From positions 1 to 43,002 of the forward strand of contig CAYOYQ010000002.1 in NCBI GenBank assembly GCA_964408215.1: a stretch of 43,002 nt of DNA, in the 5' to 3' direction. The stretch's first letter is position 1. Each line of letters starts with the position of its first letter. A program made the position numbers and the translations under genes. This document shows, piece after piece, positions 39,903-43,002 of this stretch. Origin of the DNA: an uncultured Eubacteriales bacterium (lineage in GTDB: Bacteria > Acidobacteriota > Aminicenantia > Aminicenantales > Saccharicenantaceae). The notes under the pieces are model-generated. The model was not told the DNA's origin and ran no database searches. It saw only the letters and a list, made by a program, of their open reading frames with translations.

Positions 39903-42750
39903 GGACAAAACCGGCCCAATAGAACGGGTGGCGTCTCGACGTCCTTAGCAGTTTGATCTTGGCCAGCTGAAGCGCCTCGGCAGCCGTGTTCCCGGCCAGG
40001 ATCTGCCGATAGAACTCCCTCATAAGGTCGACAACGGCCTTGTCATTGACCGGCCACAGTGAGGCCAACACGGATCGAGTGCCTGAAAAGAAAAAGGACC
40101 GGGCCAGTCCCATGGGGCCTTCCGCCGGCTCGAGAAGCCCGCCCGCGGTCCGGCAGGCCGAAAGGACAACGAGATCGGCGCGGGTCTTGAGCCTATCGAT
40201 CTCCCTCGTTTGAAGGAATCCGTCGTTGTCCCGCTCATCCAAGAAGGAGAGGACCAGGGCCGAACGAAACGGATGTTCCTCGTCAAGCAGGCCATGGCAG
40301 GCGAAATGGATGATCCGGAAATCCTCAAGGGCGATGGCCTTGACAGCCCCCTCGCTCGCGGACTCACGCTCCAGGACCATGGCTCGCTTTCGGGGGAACA
40401 TGCCGGCAACTTCTCGGACTTCTTGCCGGCTAAAGGGCAACGGACCGAAAAGCGTGGGCTCATCGCCGTAGAGCTTCCGGGTCGCGGCCGTCCGGCTGAG
40501 GACCGGCCGCCCGGATCGCGCCGCGCCCTCGTCGTAAAGAGGCCCTCCGACAGCCAGCAGGTCCATCTTCCATGACGTCGTTTGGCCTGCCTTCTTGAGA
40601 ACGTCAAGGGAAGAAGCCGAGGGGTTGTACGATACCGAGAATCCCTCCACCAAGTACCGGAAGCCGGCTTCGGAGGGGATCCGGAGGGACTCGAAGGGCA
40701 GATAATGAAGGATGCCATCGGGGACAATGATCAGCTTCGTCTTGCCGGCGTATTCGGCTCGCCCCACAAAAGGGAGCAATTCCCGGGCGATCCGTTCAGC
40801 GGCCCCGTGGCCGGCCCCGCTCTCGAACGATCTCTCAGAAGACATCTTGAGATAGGCCCGGAGAGAATCTTCGAGAGACGTTCTGCCGGGAAGGAGGAAG
40901 AGGTCAGCGGACCTGGCCGTCACGGTAACGAGATATGACCGCTCATCGCCCACTTCGTATTCGAGGAGGATCGCTTGATCGTCCAAGAGCCGGCGCCTGA
41001 CATCTTGGAAGCTGCAGGTGATGTCGGAGGCCGGGGGCTGCCCTTCCTCCGGCCGCGGCTTGACCTCGGAACTCAAACGTACGAATTCACCTTCTTCATG
41101 TTCCAATTCGTCATTGAGAGAGGCCCTCTCCTCGGCCGGAAGGGCCGGGCGGCTCAGTCTGTCCGTCAGCTGGGCGATATTCTCGGACAGGACTTCTAGA
41201 CGCTCTCGGGTGCGGGGCGAGCTTGGCAGGAGCCCCGGCGCGTCGACGGCGAGGACGGTTTCAAGGAAGGCCCGGGCTTTGGCTCGCTCCGAAGTGATGA
41301 AAAGCTGTTCGAGCAGACCGTCTGAAGGCCGGTCGCGATATTGCCTGGCCAGGATATCGACGATGCTCCGATAAGCGCCGAGCTTATTGCGGGCGAAGCC
41401 GATGCTCAAGATCTCGGAGGAAAGACGCCCGCGGACGCTTTCGAGCGCCGAGACGGATCGCCGATAATAATCCAGGGCTTCTGTATCTGAGCGGCCCAGT
41501 TCATGACACTTCCCCAGGCCGAAGCTCGATTCGATCAAGACGTTCTCGAAAGCATTGTCGGCGGCCAACCTGTAAGCTCTCTCATAAAAACGGCGGGCCT
41601 CGTCGATCCGCCGCTCGTAGAGATAGGACGCGCCGATGTTGCAGAGGACGTGGGCTCTTTCAGGGGCATAGGGGGTGCCCTCGACCGCTCCAAGGGCCGC
41701 CTCGAAATAGGACCGGGACATCTCGTGCTCTCCGAGCTCGTTGTAGACGATCCCGATATCATTGAGGGCGGCGAATGAGGCGCGGGCGTCCGAAGCCACG
41801 GGGCTCCGCAGCGAGGCACATTCTCGAAAAGCCTCGAGGCTCTGGAGGAGGTCGTCCTTGTTCCGGCCATCCGTTCCTTTCCTGAGGAAAAAAGTGCCGA
41901 GATTCCCCAGGTCGGTGGCCACGGATTCCCGGTCGCCGATCTCACGGTCAAGGGCCAAGGCCCCGGCCAGGCATGACCGGGCCCGCGGAAAATTCCCGAG
42001 ATCACGGTAGAGAACGCCGAGATTGCTGAGGCATTCGGCCTCGGTCGGACGGTCTCCGGAGGATCGAACACATGTCAATGCGCTTTCCAGGTATTCCGCG
42101 GCCAGGGAATATTCGTTCCGTTTGTGGAACGAGATCCCGAGGTTGTTCAGGCAGCGTCCTTTCTCGACCTCGTGACCGATCGCCGTAGCGATGCCCAGCG
42201 CCCGTTCGTTCACTTCATGGAACCGAACGGTCTCGTCCATCTCCCAATAGGTCAGGCCTTGCTGCCGCAGGCACTTGAGCGCAAAATCGGGGATACCCGT
42301 TGCTTGGCCGAGAGAGATCGCCTCTTCGAACCTTCGGATAGAGAGGTAATAGCACTTGGCGTCTCGATCCTTCTTGGCCTGCTCATAAAGCCGGATGATC
42401 TCCAGGCAGCCCGTCGAGAACTCGGCCGCCCGCATGTCTGAGGTGCGTTCGAAAGCGGCTCGAGCGTCCTCGAAATACCGTTTTGAATCCGGGATCCGTC
42501 CGAGGTCCCACATCAGGAGCCCCATCCTCAATAAGCTCAGGCGGTGATGGTGACCAAGGTCGGCCTCCCTGGAGATCGACAAGGCTCTTTGAAGAGCCGT
42601 GGAGGCCTTCTCGTATTCCCCGCGGATTCGGAGTTCCGAGGCTTCCCTGGACACCTCCAGGAAACGAGACCGCTCGTCCTTGACATCTTGGGAAAATACA
42701 GCAGGCCGCACGGAGAGAAAGCCCGCGATCATTAGAGCGAGCAGATCCAC
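39868..42750 (-). CDS. TPR-repeat / CHAT-domain (caspase-fold protease) protein
   Basis: Many TPR-like repeats occupy the N-terminal two thirds. The C-terminal CHAT domain has His (RIIHFACHG) and Cys (DLVVLSACRTAGG). The N-terminus is hydrophobic. The start is GTG 42750 or ATG 42732. Confidence 0.85.
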   Translation of the reverse strand: MDLLALMIAGFLSVRPAVFSQDVKDERSRFLEVSREASELRIRGEYEKASTALQRALSISREADLGHHHRLSLLRMGLLMWDLGRIPDSKRYFEDARAAFERTSDMRAAEFSTGCLEIIRLYEQAKKDRDAKCYYLSIRRFEEAISLGQATGIPDFALKCLRQQGLTYWEMDETVRFHEVNERALGIATAIGHEVEKGRCLNNLGISFHKRNEYSLAAEYLESALTCVRSSGDRPTEAECLSNLGVLYRDLGNFPRARSCLAGALALDREIGDRESVATDLGNLGTFFLRKGTDGRNKDDLLQSLEAFRECASLRSPVASDARASFAALNDIGIVYNELGEHEMSRSYFEAALGAVEGTPYAPERAHVLCNIGASYLYERRIDEARRFYERAYRLAADNAFENVLIESSFGLGKCHELGRSDTEALDYYRRSVSALESVRGRLSSEILSIGFARNKLGAYRSIVDILARQYRDRPSDGLLEQLFITSERAKARAFLETVLAVDAPGLLPSSPRTRERLEVLSENIAQLTDRLSRPALPAEERASLNDELEHEEGEFVRLSSEVKPRPEEGQPPASDITCSFQDVRRRLLDDQAILLEYEVGDERSYLVTVTARSADLFLLPGRTSLEDSLRAYLKMSSERSFESGAGHGAAERIARELLPFVGRAEYAGKTKLIIVPDGILHYLPFESLRIPSEAGFRYLVEGFSVSYNPSASSLDVLKKAGQTTSWKMDLLAVGGPLYDEGAARSGRPVLSRTAATRKLYGDEPTLFGPLPFSRQEVREVAGMFPRKRAMVLERESASEGAVKAIALEDFRIIHFACHGLLDEEHPFRSALVLSFLDERDNDGFLQTREIDRLKTRADLVVLSACRTAGGLLEPAEGPMGLARSFFFSGTRSVLASLWPVNDKAVVDLMREFYRQILAGNTAAEALQLAKIKLLRTSRRHPFYWAGFVLIGDPDAVDLR

Positions 42751-42898
42751 TCCAGGTCCCCGCTAGTCCTCGAAAGCCGCAAACGTGGCGCTAATTATAA
42801 TCTCCTCGTATTCTCAACGCAATCGGAGCCTACCCGCTCCGTTGCCTTTTGCCCCTCCCTCCCATATACTGCCCCCAACCCCTCGCCAAGGAGGCCGC

Positions 42899-43002
42899 AT
42901 GAAGCCAGACGACGTCGTCACGCTCACAGGAGAGAAAGACGCTTCGCCGTCGGATAGATTCTCACGGAGGAAGTTCATGGGCGCCGCGGCCATGGCCGCG
43001 GC
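42899..43002 (+). CDS. Tat-signal protein, 5' fragment (runs off the right edge of the window)
   Basis: The RBS AGGAGG lies 4 nt upstream of the ATG. The product begins MKPDDVVTLTGEKDASPSDRFSRRKFMGAAAMAA, which contains a twin-arginine motif. Confidence 0.5.
   Translation, partial: MKPDDVVTLTGEKDASPSDRFSRRKFMGAAAMAA

Overview
This is a densely coding, high-GC bacterial chromosomal segment. Sampled lines are about 70% GC, with visibly lower-GC patches; GC was not computed. Taxonomy cannot be assigned from the window. The gene content suggests an uncultured diderm that degrades proteins, but that is inference only. The window opens inside the 5' end of a 16S rRNA gene (minus strand), which is driven by a near-consensus promoter. 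From left to right it then contains: an orphan operon of four minor (pseudo)pilins; three tandem single-domain PilZ genes; three Hanks-type Ser/Thr kinases (one with a PD40/TolB-like propeller, two paralogous zinc-ribbon/kinase/TM/TPR proteins); exported peptidases (S9, M61-PDZ, C69); housekeeping genes (surE, fbp, ndk); and three type II toxin-antitoxin pairs (two VapBC, one AbrB-RelE/ParE). At the right end an ECF sigma / ZAS anti-sigma pair converges on a 960-aa TPR-CHAT protein and diverges from an HTH-TM-FG-GAP propeller protein. I saw no tRNA, CRISPR array, transposase or integrase. Six observations stand out. (1) The ECF / anti-sigma / TPR-CHAT / HTH-TM-propeller island has phased A5CG repeats in its divergent promoter. 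(2) A low-GC lipoprotein gene (Ig-like x2 plus a seven-blade FG-GAP propeller) is split by a single in-frame TAG that aligns with a Tyr in the sister repeat. (3) A triplicated PilZ operon abuts the pseudopilin operon. (4) An ORF for a 49-aa signal-peptide-bearing product is absent from the ORF track. (5) A 20-bp-arm palindrome lies at the edge of the low-GC patch. (6) A 5'-truncated DUF3858-like gene has a start codon that overlaps the divergent C69 peptidase start. Many long ORFs in the track are antisense or out-of-frame shadows typical of high-GC DNA and are rejected. All domain calls come from motif recognition by eye; no database search was run.
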